A DNA stretch of 63,020 nt, the filler included, from Octopus bimaculoides (taxonomy: Eukaryota): assembly GCF_001194135.2 (NCBI RefSeq). It is 4 parts of 3 records of this genome, joined end to end, with 100 filler letters (N's around TTAATTAATTAA, not from the genome) between each part and the next. Parts side by side here need not be neighbours in the genome. Positions count along the whole stretch, not along the records: positions 1 to 29,406 come from NC_068982.1; positions 29,507 to 42,492 come from NC_068982.1; 2 more parts are not named here. One strand, written 5' to 3'. Of this stretch, positions 23,195 to 36,460 are shown piece by piece. Numbering within the stretch: the stretch's first letter is position 1; each line of letters opens with the position of its first letter. The notes beneath the pieces are model-generated. The model had not been told where the DNA came from. It worked only from the letters and a program-made list of their open reading frames with translations, and searched no databases. The position numbers and the translations under genes were made by a program.

Positions 23195-23620
23195 GGTACA
23201 GACGTGGCTATGTCATAAGGAGTTTGTTCCCAACCATATGGTTCCGGGTTCAGTCCCACTGGGTTGGACCTTGGGCAAGTGTCTTCTACTTTAGCCTCAG
23301 GCTGACCAAAGCCTTGTCAGTGAATTTGATAGACAGAAACTAAAAGAAGCCCGTATACATACATACATACATGCACACACACATATTTGTGTGTGTGTGC
23401 ATGTGTGTGTGTGTGTGTGTGCGTGTGCGTGAGTGTGTGTATCTGTTCTTTGTGTCTGTGTTTGTCCTCCACCACCCCATCTGTCAACCGGTGTTAGTGT
23501 CTTTACATTCACGTAACTTAGCAGTTCGGCAAAAGACAGCGGTCGAGTAAGTGCCAGGCTTAAAAAAAAAAAAGAGTATTGCATGCGATTCATTCGACTA
23601 GAAATTCTTGAAGGCGGTGA
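23195..23620 (+). mobile_element. SINE family A
   Basis: Head and body with an expanded internal microsatellite. Confidence 0.85.
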
Positions 23621-24162
23621 TATAAGCTAAACGTAATCAATACACACACACACACACACATTTGTATANNNNNNNNNNNNNNNNNNNNNNNNNNNNNNNN
23701 NNNNNNNNNNNNNNNNNNNNNNNNNNNNNNNNNNNNNNNNNNNNNNNNNNNNNNNNNNNNNNNNNNNNNNNNNNNNNNNNNNNNNNNNNNNNNNNNNNNN
23801 NNNNNNNNNNNNNNNNNNNNNNNNNNNNNNNNNNNNNNNNNNNNNNNNNNNNNNNNNNNNNNNNNNNNNNNNNNNNNNNNNNNNNNNNNNNNNNNNNNNN
23901 NNNNNNNNNNNNNNNNNNNNNNNNNNNNNNNNNNNNNNNNNNNNNNNNNNNNNNNNNNNNNNNNNNNNNNNNNNNNNNNNNNNNNNNNNNNNNNNNNNNN
24001 NNNNNNNNNNNNNNNNNNNNNNNNNNNNNNNNNNNNNNNNNNNNNNNNNNNNNNNNNNNNNNNNNNNNNNNNNNNNNNNNNNNNNNNNNNNNNNNNNNNN
24101 NNNNNNNNNNNNNNNNNNNNNNNNNNNNNNNNNNNNNNNNNNNNNNNNNNNNNNNNNNNNNN

Positions 24163-24207
<45 letters not shown>

Positions 24208-24276
24208 GTACACACACACACACACACACACACATATAATGTACGTATGTATACACACACACGCACATATACTTAT

Positions 24277-24630
24277 TGTTGGCACTCCGTCGGTTACGAC
24301 GACGAGTGTTCCAGTTGATCCGATCAACGGAACGTGCAAGTGGCTGAGCACTCCATAGAAACGTGTACCCTTAACGTAGTTCTCGGGGAGATTCAGCGTG
24401 ACACGGAGTGTGACAAGGCTGGCCCCTTTGAAATACAGGTACAACAGAAACAGGAAGAAAGAGTTAGAGAAAGTTGTGGTGAAAGAATACAGCAGGGTTC
24501 GCCACCATCCTCTGCCGGAGCCTTGTGTGTTTTCGCTCAATAAACACTCACAACGCCCAGTCTGGGAATCGAAACCGCGATCCTAAGACCGTGAGTCCGC
24601 TGCCCTAACCACTGGGCCATTGCACCTCCA
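24277..24630 (-). mobile_element. Full-length SINE family C
   Basis: Reverse complement begins tggagg.gcaatggcccagtggttagggcagcggactc (tRNA head). Highly similar to 50008-50393. Confidence 0.9.
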
Positions 24631-25491
24631 CACATATATACATACACACACAACATACACACATATATACGTGAGTGCGTACACGCTAATACACACACAA
24701 ACACACACATGACAGCACAGTGTAGTCTGGGAAGGACCCTGTTGCGATTTCTAACAAGTCAAGCATTCAGGTAGAGGTTTCTAGTACAGTAAAAATGATT
24801 GGTATACGACTCTGGTACCATTCGATATCCATCCATTCCTTCAACGGATTGCATGATGCGCTACGTCTCTTTGCTGCACCTTACATGATACACTAAGATC
24901 AATGAGGGTTCTGCCAAACTACTAGAAATAGCAGCCAACTATCCCACAAATTGCACCCTATCATCTGAATAAACTAAGTAGATATTGGATAATATAGTTA
25001 TAAAATAAAACTGGTCATAACACCTTTGACCGTAGATCTAAAATCAAGACTGACCTGAAAAACAACAATAACAACAGGAAGAACAATGACGAGACAAGTA
25101 AAAGACTCGTGTGTATTTTCATGGTGGTTATACAGCAATTATGTTGCCATAGCAGGGCGATCAAACAAATGAAAGACAAAATAATATCAAAGTGTTAGCA
25201 GACAAAAGTTAATTAGAAATGATAATGTTGTTTAAGAGAAGAATCTGATATTAGAAAGATGAACGTTTGTAGGGAAAGTTTAACAGTTCGATGACTTAGG
25301 TTAAGCTTGTACAACGACATCGGCAAATTATTCTCATAGAGTGTAAATTAATTAAATAATAATTGAAAATGTAAACATATTTAGCGGAAAAAATGCGTAG
25401 GAAGCGTGGAATTTGTATAACGCACATACACACACAGACACACACACACATTATGCATATACATGAGTAATTTATTACACAGAAACACACA

Positions 25492-25685
25492 TAGGCGCAG
25501 GTTTGGCTGAGTGGTAAGACGTTCGCTTCTCAATCACATGGTTCCGGGTTCACTCCCACTGCGTACCACCTTGAGCAAGCGTCACCAATCAAAACCTTGT
25601 GACACGGAAACTGAAAGACATCCGTCGTATGTATATTGTTTTATCAGTTTCAGCTCAAAGCAGTGGCCATGCTGGGGCACCGCTG
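25492..25685 (+). mobile_element. SINE family A with internal deletions
   Basis: Head joined to 'agcagtggccatgctggggcaccg'. Confidence 0.7.
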
Positions 25686-25921
25686 TTCAATATATACATA
25701 TATATTTTCCGCCAGAACTAGATACCATGATCCAAGTGCATCCAAATACCAAAATATTTAGCATTGAACTGTCTTTGGTATGTCAAATTTGTTTAAACCC
25801 AATCGCCCGCCTACTGTTGTTTTACTGTTGAATTTTCTAATATTATTCGTGGTTTAACTGAGGGTTTTAACTCCTCTTTCTAGCAAGCAGGCGCCTTGTG
25901 TGCCCTTATGATATATATATA

Positions 25922-25956
<35 letters not shown>

Positions 25957-26585
25957 ATATATATATATATATATATATANNNNNNNNNNNNNNNNNNNNN
26001 NNNNNNNNNNNNNNNNNNNNNNNNNNNNNNNNNNNNNNNNNNNNNNNNNNNNNNNNNNNNNNNNNNNNNNNNNNNNNNNNNNNNNNNNNNNNNNNNNNNN
26101 NNNNNNNNNNNNNNNNNNNNNNNNNNNNNNNNNNNNNNNNNNNNNNNNNNNNNNNNNNNNNNNNNNNNNNNNNNNNNNNNNNNNNNNNNNNNNNNNNNNN
26201 NNNNNNNNNNNNNNNNNNNNNNNNNNNNNNNNNNNNNNNNNNNNNNNNNNNNNNNNNNNNNNNNNNNNNNNNNNNNNNNNNNNNNNNNNNNNNNNNNNNN
26301 NNNNNNNNNNNNNNNNNNNNNNNNNNNNNNNNNNNNNNNNNNNNNNNNNNNNNNNNNNNNNNNNNNNNNNNNNNNNNNNNNNNNNNNNNNNNNNNNNNNN
26401 NNNNNNNNNNNNNNNNNNNNNNNNNNNNNNNNNNNNNNNNNNNNNNNNNNNNNNNNNNNNNNNNNNNNNNNNNNNNNNNNNNNNNNNNNNNNNNNNNNNN
26501 NNNNNNNNNNNNNNNNNNNNNNNNNNNNNNNNNNNNNNNNNNNNNNNNNNNNNNNNNNNNNNNNNNNNNNNNNNNNNNNNNNNNN

Positions 26586-26631
<46 letters not shown>

Positions 26632-26634
26632 TGT

Positions 26635-26942
26635 GAAGGCGCGTGGCTTAGGGGTTAGAGTATTCGCCTCACGATCGTAAGGTCGCAAGTTCGACTCCCG
26701 GCACCGCAGTGTGTCATTGAGCAAGGCATTTTATTTCATGTTGCTCCAGTCCACTCAGCTGGCAAAAATGAGTAGTAACTGTAATCCAAAGGGCCAGCCT
26801 TGTCACACTATGTGTCATGCTGAATATCCCTGAGAATTATGTTAAGGGTACACTTTTCTGTTCAGTATTCCACACGTGAATTTCATGAGTAGGCCGTTCC
26901 GTTGATCGGGTCAACTGGAAGGCTCGGTGACAGATGGCTTAC

Positions 26943-26945
<3 letters not shown>
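26635..26945 (+). mobile_element. SINE family C variant
   Basis: Head ggcgcgtggcttagggg...agttcgactcccgg; 3' part shared with family C. Confidence 0.8.
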
Positions 26946-26990
<45 letters not shown>

Positions 26991-27659
26991 TGTATATATA
27001 CTTAATTTAAATAAACGAATAAAAATGGTCAACATGAGGACGTGCTTAAGAAATGTATATGAGAGAGTTCGACGTTTCGTGCATAGCTCTTCGTCGGATC
27101 GCAGAAAGGGAAAGGTTCAAAGAAGGAAAAGAAATCGCCAGCGGCACACGTGTAGTTACATTGTTGAAGTGATATGTGTGTGTGTATCTTTGTACCTGTG
27201 TTTGTCCTCTACCACCGCTTGACAACCAACGTTGGTGTGTTTACGTGCCAACGTAACAGGCTTAAAAAAATAAATCGACTAAAATTCTTCAAGGCAGTGC
27301 ACCAGCATGGCCGTAGTCTAATTATTGAAACAGGTAAAGACAAAAGATTTATGGCATGCATACAATATGCTCATGAATACAAATGGGCATACATAGAGAC
27401 GTGGCTATTTGGGTGAATGAAATCCTATGTATAATCATGACCCTTACTTGCTATAGGCAGTACTCAGTCGATTGCGTGGGTCCCTAGTGATCATCAGGTA
27501 CTTATTTTATTGACCCCCAAAAAGATGAAAGGCAAAGTCGGCCTCAGCGGTATTTGGGCTCACAAAGTAAATCTGGAACAAATACAGCTAAGCATTTTCT
27601 TCAGCGCCGTAAAGATTCTGCCAACACGCCAGCTTATGACAATGTATAATGGATGCTAT

Positions 27660-27877
27660 GTTTAGGCGTGGTGAGAAGCTCGCATCCCAACCACATAGAT
27701 CCGGGTTCAGTCTCACTGCGTGACACCTTTCTCATCCACAGTCTCTGGCATATTTCTTATAGATTTGTCCATAATTTCACCATAACTACTGTCCCAGTTA
27801 TTACTAATGTTGTCTTCAATGTTTTCTAATATAACCTCGGGTGGATTTGGTAGACGGAAATTGAAAGAAGCCCGTCG

Positions 27878-27952
<75 letters not shown>

Positions 27953-28100
27953 CTTTGTTCCCAACCACCACTTGGCAACATGTGTTGGTGTGTTTACATC
28001 ACCGTAACTTAGCGGTTCGGCCCAAGACACCGATAGAATAAGTACCAAGTTAAAAAAACCCACACAGAAAGCAAGTACTAGGGTCGATTCATTCAACTAA
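27660..28100 (+). mobile_element. SINE family A interrupted by a foreign 96-bp insert (27731-27826)
   Basis: Consensus breaks after 'gacacctt' and resumes at 'tgttttctaatataacctcggg'. Confidence 0.8.
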
Positions 28101-28619
28101 ATCGCGTTAACTGCAAATGTTTTGAGGAAGTTATAAATTTGAAAATGTGTGTGAAGGCATTTTTGTCATGTAAGTTTGTGTGTGTGTCTGTATGTGCGAG
28201 CGTACACACATTCCGTGTGTGTGTTCGGTTATGTGGGTTTCAGTTTATTTGCAGCAGCAAGCTTCATTGTGCAGCATATGTCAGCCCCGTGTTTCAACGG
28301 ATGTAATGTCTGAGAGCGTTTTTGGTTATTAGATATGGGCATTAAAAAGGATAATTATAGCAGCTTAATTCAATCAACTTGGTATGAACACAATCAGAAT
28401 ATATTGTGGATAATAATTACTTCTTACGTCACCGTCAAAGAATTAAATCAATTAGATGCCTATTTCTTATTAACATAGCTCAGCTCGACTAGTCATGAAC
28501 AGCAAATAAAATTTTAATTGGCATTAAGACAGTTTAACTGAGAAAACAGCGATACCTTTTGATTAGAACAAAGGTTAGTTATGAATGTGTGAGAGAGAAT
28601 AAATGCCTTCAGTATGTTA

Positions 28620-29171
28620 TTCGGATGTGTTTTTGGACCGAGAGCAAGATCTGATCTTGGAGGAGAACAATGAAGTCCAGTATCGTTCTCTGGCTTCCGA
28701 AATAACAGCAAAAATGCAGATTCTAGTAGTAGTAGCAGTAGTAGTAGCAGTAGTAGTAGCAGTAGTAGTAGTAGTAGTAGTAGTAGTAGCAGCAGCAGCA
28801 GCAGTGTCAGTAGTAGAAGTAGTGATGGTAGTAGTGGTTGTAATAGTAGCAGTTATGCTAGAGCAAATATTGCTCTGAAAGAGGTAGAAAAACTGCAGAG
28901 GAGAAAACTCATAAAATTCTAAGAAGCTGGCCGTGGCAACTTCTTCGAAAACAGTGAAGTAATAACTGGGGCAGTAGTTATGGTAAAATTATGGACAAAT
29001 CTATAAGAAATATACCAGAGACTGTGGATGAGCAAGAATAATTCTTCCTCTAGTAATTGGTGCACTTAGCAAAACACACAAATGCTATCTAAAAGACTGA
29101 AAGAGATTGGAATTGAAACTTGCATTGACAACCTGTAGAAAAGTACCATCCTATATTCTGCAGGCACTAAC

Positions 29172-29172
<1 letters not shown>
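28620..29172 (+). mobile_element. Dong/R4 relic 5 with internal (GTA/GCA)n expansion, ends at (TAA)n
   Basis: ANIALKEVEKL...EIYQRLWM...LPLVIGALS...IGIETCIDNL*KSTILYSA, read across frameshifts. Confidence 0.7.
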
Positions 29173-29250
<78 letters not shown>

Positions 29251-29406
29251 GAAAAGAGAGCACCGGGCTGAATAACAACATGGATGTGCTACACCGGGCT
29301 CCCTATACAAAAACATATCTAATCCAATAACATCGATGGAATTAGCCAAAAGAACCGGTGGAAGATTTGAAGGAAGCGGTCTTTTAACGAAGATAATTTT
29401 TTTAAG

Positions 29407-29506
29407 NNNNNNNNNNNNNNNNNNNNNNNNNNNNNNNNNNNNNNNNNNNNTTAATTAATTAANNNNNNNNNNNNNNNNNNNNNNNNNNNNNNNNNNNNNN
29501 NNNNNN
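29407..29506. other. Artificial 100-bp assembly spacer (44N-TTAATTAATTAA-44N)
   Basis: Identical structure at 42493-42592 and 60475-60574; the 12-mer gives stop codons in all six frames. Confidence 0.95.
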
Positions 29507-29559
29507 TACAGAAAAACAAAAGAGGAAGGCGGGTGTAGACGCTCGGGAAGGTGAAAAAG

Positions 29560-29597
29560 TCTTTTACGTTTCGAGCCTACGCTCTTCAACAGAAAGG
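29560..29597 (-). ncRNA. Second CUGUUGA hammerhead-like motif (within Penelope-type repeat 29507-29652)
   Basis: Reverse complement CTTT-CTGTTGA-A-GAGC-GTAG-GCTC-GAAAC-GTA-AAAG. Confidence 0.6.
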
Positions 29598-29857
29598 AAC
29601 ACGAGGGAATAAAGAGAGAGAGAATAAAATAACTTGTGGATTTAGCGATCAATCATGGCAACATATATTTTTTTTTTCTGTGATAAATGGAGAAGCGGTG
29701 ATGGGTGACAATTCTGCAAATAATATTTTATAGGCTTCAAAGCTTATAAGCGGTCACCGTGTATTGACAAAAGGAAATAGTCTAGCATTGGGGTATATAA
29801 GCCAAAAACGGGAAAAAGTGGATTTTCTGTACGCATGGGACTCGAACCCACGCAAAA

Positions 29858-29905
<48 letters not shown>

Positions 29906-30276
29906 ACACACACATATATATATATATGTACGTATGTATGTATGTACATCTGTATGTATGTACATCTGTATGTATGCATAGCCTATTATCTATACACGAA
30001 CATATACACATTCATTGAGTCTATACAAGGAAACGTAATCCTAAAAGTGTTTGCATACGTATGTGTTTGCATAATGTGTGTATATGTATGCACGTACGTG
30101 TATATATGTATGTGTGCATATACGTGTATATGTGAGTTTATGCGTACGTATGTAGCGAGAGAGGGGGGCGAAAGTATGCTCACAGTTGCATAACGCTCTT
30201 TTCATTTCTCTGTTTCTTTTCCGAATAAGAATTCCACTCATATTAAGCATCGGTAGATCTACTTTTTGCCCACCAT

Positions 30277-30395
<119 letters not shown>

Positions 30396-30573
30396 GTATA
30401 TATTCACATATATATATTGTGTGTATATATATATGCATATATATATGTGTGCATGTATATATGTATGTATATATATGTATGTATGCATGTATATATACGC
30501 ATGTATATATATATGTATGCCTATAAATAGGCATGTATATATATGTATGTGCGTATGCTTATATGTGTGTGTA

Positions 30574-30625
<52 letters not shown>

Positions 30626-30805
30626 TAGATGGATAGATAGATAGATAGATATGTATATCTATATGCATATATATATCAATGTATGTATGTACATACATAC
30701 ATGTGTATATATGAAGATAGATGGATGGATATGTGACTCTATGCGTATGCATTTATGCGACATGTAGCAATCTGCCAGACTGTCTTTGTATTCACATGCG
30801 TGCAG

Positions 30806-30851
<46 letters not shown>

Positions 30852-31324
30852 ATACAGAGCGCCAGGGGATTGCTAATTATTAGTTATTGATACAAAGAAT
30901 AGGAAGAAAGGAGAGAAAATGAGTCAGAGACAAGAAGAAGACGAAGAAGAAGGACGTAGCAACAACAATGACGACGACAGGTTATGTAAAGTTTAAACAT
31001 TGTAAACCAGTAATATTTCAATGGAGTAATGGAGGAGAGACCATTGCTTAAAGGTTAAGCAGACGACCTCTCGACTGAAGAGGCAACACTTCGCTTTCTG
31101 TGTTCTAGGTTTCAAATAAGAAATAGGGAGTTTGTCAACTCTTTCACGTTCAGCAGAGATATATATCTTATATTGGAATGGAGCCGAGTTCTTTTTTTTT
31201 TTTTTGTTCAACTGGCAGAGGCTGTGGACTGCATTTGTTTCGTCTCACTGTGTTCTGTCTTTCTCTGGCAATTTCCTTTTATATATAAGTATATGTACAC
31301 ACACAAACACACACAAACACGCAC

Positions 31325-31461
31325 GATAGATCGCTAGCCACTACACATTCTTTTTTTTTTCTCTCCTTCTTTCTCTCTCTGATCATTTCTGTGGCTCGAA
31401 ACGTTAAAGACTTTTTCACTTCCCGAGCGTTATACTAATACATCTTTTTGTTGTCTACACC
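31325..31461 (+). mobile_element. Penelope-type repeat copy with the hammerhead core deleted
   Basis: 'tttctgt^ggctcgaaacgttaaagac' lacks 'tgaagagcgta'. Confidence 0.7.
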
Positions 31462-32462
31462 NNNNNNNNNNNNNNNNNNNNNNNNNNNNNNNNNNNNNNN
31501 NNNNNNNNNNNNNNNNNNNNNNNNNNNNNNNNNNNNNNNNNNNNNNNNNNNNNNNNNNNNNNNNNNNNNNNNNNNNNNNNNNNNNNNNNNNNNNNNNNNN
31601 NNNNNNNNNNNNNNNNNNNNNNNNNNNNNNNNNNNNNNNNNNNNNNNNNNNNNNNNNNNNNNNNNNNNNNNNNNNNNNNNNNNNNNNNNNNNNNNNNNNN
31701 NNNNNNNNNNNNNNNNNNNNNNNNNNNNNNNNNNNNNNNNNNNNNNNNNNNNNNNNNNNNNNNNNNNNNNNNNNNNNNNNNNNNNNNNNNNNNNNNNNNN
31801 NNNNNNNNNNNNNNNNNNNNNNNNNNNNNNNNNNNNNNNNNNNNNNNNNNNNNNNNNNNNNNNNNNNNNNNNNNNNNNNNNNNNNNNNNNNNNNNNNNNN
31901 NNNNNNNNNNNNNNNNNNNNNNNNNNNNNNNNNNNNNNNNNNNNNNNNNNNNNNNNNNNNNNNNNNNNNNNNNNNNNNNNNNNNNNNNNNNNNNNNNNNN
32001 NNNNNNNNNNNNNNNNNNNNNNATATATATATATATATATATATATAAATGAAAAAATACACATTGAGTACAGGACATCAACAATGAGCGAAAAATACGT
32101 AAACACACAACGAGAGCAAATACAGGACAAATTACCAAAAGAAGTCTAACTCCTCCTCAGTTGTTGACAGTTTATTACTCCCTATTTCGTGCTTTTATCG
32201 ACAAGACAGGAAGACTTCATAAGACAGCAGCAACCAGAAATTTTTAAAATATCAAATTTGTGGAAAGTTAAGGCTTCGAACGAACAAAAGATACCAGAGT
32301 GGACGTACGGAAACAATCGGCGAAAAGAGATGTTTAGTGCTGTTAGACCAAGACAGATTATAATGGGTAATGCCTGGGAAAAATTTTTAAAGGCTATAGA
32401 ATAAATAGAAGATATATATAGGAGTGGCTGTGGTTGAAATAGGGTCTTATATTTAAAAGAAA

Positions 32463-32875
32463 AGACGCAGGAGTGGCTGTGTGGTAAGTAGTTTGCTTAC
32501 CAGCCACATGGTTCCGGGTTCAGTCCCACTGCGTGGCACCTTGGGCAAGTGTTTTCTACTATAGCCTCGGGCCGACCAAAACCTTGTGAGTGAATTTGAT
32601 AGACGGAAATTGAAAGAAGCTCGTCGTACATATATACACATTGTATGTGTGTCTGTGTATGTGTCTTCGTATCTGTGTTAGTCCTCCACCACCGCTTGAT
32701 ATCAGGTGTTGGTGTGTTTACGTGCCGTAACTTAGGAATTCGGCAAAAGAACCCGATAGAATAAGTACCAGGCTTAACAAAAAAAAATAGTGCTGATGTT
32801 TATTCATTCAACAAAAAAATTCTTCAAAGCGGTGCCTCAGCATGGACGCAGTCTAATGTCTGAAACAAGTAAATC
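32463..32875 (+). mobile_element. Full-length SINE family A
   Basis: Near-consensus head and body. Confidence 0.9.
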
Positions 32876-32889
32876 TGCTACTATAGAGA

Positions 32890-32925
<36 letters not shown>

Positions 32926-33006
32926 TAGATAGATAGATAGACAGATAGATAGATAGATATTGAGTTAATGTTTGTTCTTGTTTTTAGTTAGAATAAAAAC
33001 AGTTTT

Positions 33007-33540
33007 AGGATCTTTTTTAAAACGGGGGCCACATTTTTCATTAACGAAACACTTTGAAACTTGGAACACTGGTAGAATGTGTCATATAAAACATCTTTTT
33101 CTCTTAGTCTTCTTAAAAAAAAAAGAAATCCCTAAGTTATTCCATGTTAAATTTGTCGTATTTCTGTAATTTCAACCAATCACTGACGTCCATTCAGCCG
33201 ATATACATTAAGTGCCGACTACATAAACAAACGATTCTGAAACAATTCTATCGGTGATAGGGTTAGGGTTAGGGTTAGGGTAAAACAGCAAATTTAAAAA
33301 GAAAAAAGCAAAACGAAGCTATGGAAATTAAATACGCTTTACACCGCTTAATCAGCCAAAGGAGTAAATATAAGCAACTGAATACTTGTCAGTGATTGGT
33401 TGAAATTATCGAAATAAGACAATTTTTTACATGAAATAAATTCGAATACAAAAGTATACGAAGTTTGAAAGTCTTTCGGTACCAAAAACACTACGTAAAA
33501 CATTAATGAAAAATGTGGCCCCCGTTTTAAAAAAGATCCC
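33007..33540. mobile_element. Non-autonomous DNA transposon: 38-bp TIRs, 6-bp TSD, internal (TTAGGG)4
   Basis: AGTTTT|AGGATCTTTTTTAAAACGGGGGCCACATTTTTCATTAA...TTAATGAAAAATGTGGCCCCCGTTTTAAAAAAGATCCC|AGTTTT; telomere-type repeat at 33258-33281. Confidence 0.85.
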
Positions 33541-34588
33541 AGTTTTACACTAATCTGATGGATTACTCTATACTTTAGCAAAGTACAAATTTATTATTCT
33601 TAAAAACGAATATTATTGACAGTGATTTCGAAGTTTCGGCTAGATAGATATCGTCGACGTCTAGTTTGCTTTTCATCCTTTATGGTTAGATAAATAAAAT
33701 ATGTTTCAAGGATACTTTAGACAGGCGGGATTGACAGAGAATAGAGTGGGTTACCAGTATGTTTTCTGGATCTGAGCGTTATGAGTTCAAATTCCATCTG
33801 CTGCCACAAGAAAAAATAACGGTGACCTTTCTGTTAGCAATTGCGAACGACAGGTTGTATTAGCAATGGAAACAGAATTTCCATGGACAGATTGGAGGTT
33901 GGCTCTCACATATAAACATAGATAGAAATATTACATAGTGATTACCATCGTAATTAAATAAAACAAAAGGGGATTTTTCTACTTTGGAGCTAAAGAATAA
34001 CCGTTTTATGTCAAAATGTATAGAACACACGACACTAGAATACGGACCTTGAGTTGTTTTATTAAGATATAGAGCGGAAAGGGAATATTAACTTATAATA
34101 CAATATGCAGAAAGTCTCTCTATCTTTACGTGTACCGAATTTAATAATTCTTATTTTGTATAGTAAATTCCATAATTATCACTCGAGATGAAAATAATTC
34201 GATGCAATTGTGACTATTTACTTGCTCATCGGTCAGACAAGGGTCGGGAAAATTTATCAGCAAAATGGCTGAGGGAAGAAACCTCAACCAAGCGTTCTGC
34301 AGATAGTTAAGAGTCTAACATATTTAGTATGATGAGTTGAAAACTTCAATCAATTGAGATTATCAAAATCATAAATAAAATCACTGTCTAAAGTTTTTAA
34401 AGATAACTCCAAAGTGTGTTGATTAAAACATTTTGCTGGCTGGATAGTAGAGCTCTGAGAGCCAGGGACATGTTTACATCTCATTAAACCTCGCCAGTGA
34501 AGAATTTTTTTTTTTTTTTACTTAATAAGAGACAGAAGTGATCAGTAACAGATCGAAAGCAGCGACGCGGATTATAAACATCAGCAAT

Positions 34589-34681
34589 ATGGCTGATACA
34601 AATATCTCAAAAGATCAAATCCACTCCATTCTACATGGTCCACATTTCGCTCAACTGATAACAGTGAAGTTATCGCTCTTT
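34589..34681 (+). CDS. Candidate first coding exon of the LRR gene (MADTNISKDQIHSILHGPHFAQLITVKLSLF)
   Basis: Good Kozak context (AATATGG), donor TTT|GTATGA, repeat-free context. The peptide resembles the N-cap of SDS22-like LRR proteins. The link to the downstream exons is unproven. Confidence 0.4.
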
Positions 34682-36428
34682 GTATGAGGCACGTATTCGA
34701 AGAGGAATTTTTATCTACTACTACTTGAATAATACTAGTTTGAGTTAAGTTTTTCACCTCCTAATGTGAGAAATATTAGACCCTATAATATGTGGAAAAT
34801 ATGTAAACCGATTGAGTAGGATATTTGTCAGTCGTCGATTTATAAGTTTTGTGGGGTCTTACCATTTTTAGACGACTGATTGTGGTTCTGCATAAGATAC
34901 TTACTTGTATACTTCTTCAGTTCATCTTGCGATGTGAAGTCGTTATTACAAGCAAACAATGAGGCCACTCGACCTGCTAGAAGTAACATCTAAATATCCT
35001 ACAAAAAAAACTTACTATGATAAAAAGAACGAAATGCCTATTGATGCTGTAGTGTTATATACATTATGCATAAATGATCAGCTGGAGAGTCACAATTGGA
35101 AATCCTTTGCTCATTGAGATGCCCAATGAAGGCTAACCAAGCTAACCTGGCATCAAAGAACAGAAATAAGAGCAAAAACAAATATCTACCAACTTCTTTG
35201 AAGAAGATTACCTGAATTCAGGTAATCTTCAGGTAATTGAGAAGTTCACTTTCCACCTGCGGCGTCTGGTTCAATCACACTGCGCAATTCCTTAGACAAG
35301 TGGACTCGGCCAGAGCTTCATGTTTTTTTTTTATTCCAGAACTTCATGTTTGCCAATTCCTTGAGAGTTGAATTTAGTAGACTCAAATTATATTGAAGTC
35401 TATTGCATTACCTTAATTATTTTTACAAGGAATAGGTTAGCAGTGACTAGGTTCGCAGGGAGAAAGGTTTCGTTACGGTGTAATTTGAAGACGTTAATTA
35501 CTGGCGAAATTAAAATCACTATCAAACTTTTGCAAAATATAAATTTAATAATCAAATACGATATTGTGCGCTCTTCATAAAACACACACACACACACAGA
35601 TAGATAGATACACATACACACACATATATATATGAAAAAAAATATATATATTTCTGCGCGTAGGAGGCGATCCACATACTCCGTGGCAACAAAAATAGCT
35701 TACTTAATAAGATATCTGACGTCGTAATTACCTGTAGACACAAATATCTTTCAACTTTTAAATTCTTCCCCTAAAATAATTAGCCTAAACGATTTTAATT
35801 TACTCACCCTTCATATTATTGGATCCGTCTTAAAATACCTAGCGTCGTAACGTAACTTTAATTCTAATTATAACATTCGCATAAAGAGTATGGTCCGACT
35901 AAACATTCGTTTTTTTTAAATTCTCAAATCTTTCATATCTCTTAAAATTTTAACTATTTGAATCCCTTAACCCTGATGAGAGAAATATCGATAATTGCTC
36001 CGGTTGGAGTCAGCTCGCCCATACCAACCAGAATTCCTCATGAATCATCTTATAGTAACTTTCTCATCTACCCTCCTATTACGCTATATTTTCCCAGGCA
36101 TGGTTGGAAAAAAAAAAATTAAGTGAATCAAGTATTGCGTCTTACGTCTGAAAAAACTGCAAGAAGGAATGAAATGTTATTGAGGTAAAACGCAATCCTT
36201 ATTTCAATTAATTTTTTTTTACAACCATGTCCATGAAAATATAGCGTCAACTTTCTCTAGCAGACCTGGTGCTTTTAAAAAAAGCGCCCTTGTATATAAA
36301 ATTCTTTTCTGTATATATATATATATATATGTACACATAATTAAAGGATCAGCAACAGTTGCTTCACCACATACCGAAGTTCAGAAATAGCATGTGTATA
36401 TTTGTACACATGTATACGTATGTATGTG

Positions 36429-36460
<32 letters not shown>

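Noticed and set aside
29451-29462. Recurrent palindrome TTAATTAATTAA (also 42537 and 60519)
   Set aside because: Always centred in exactly 44+44 Ns; an assembly linker, not biology.
31385-31410. Third copy of the CUGUUGA hammerhead
   Set aside because: The core and 5' strand of stem II are deleted, so it cannot fold as a ribozyme.
33258-33281. (TTAGGG)4 as a telomere or fusion scar
   Set aside because: Only four units, and they lie inside a TIR element.
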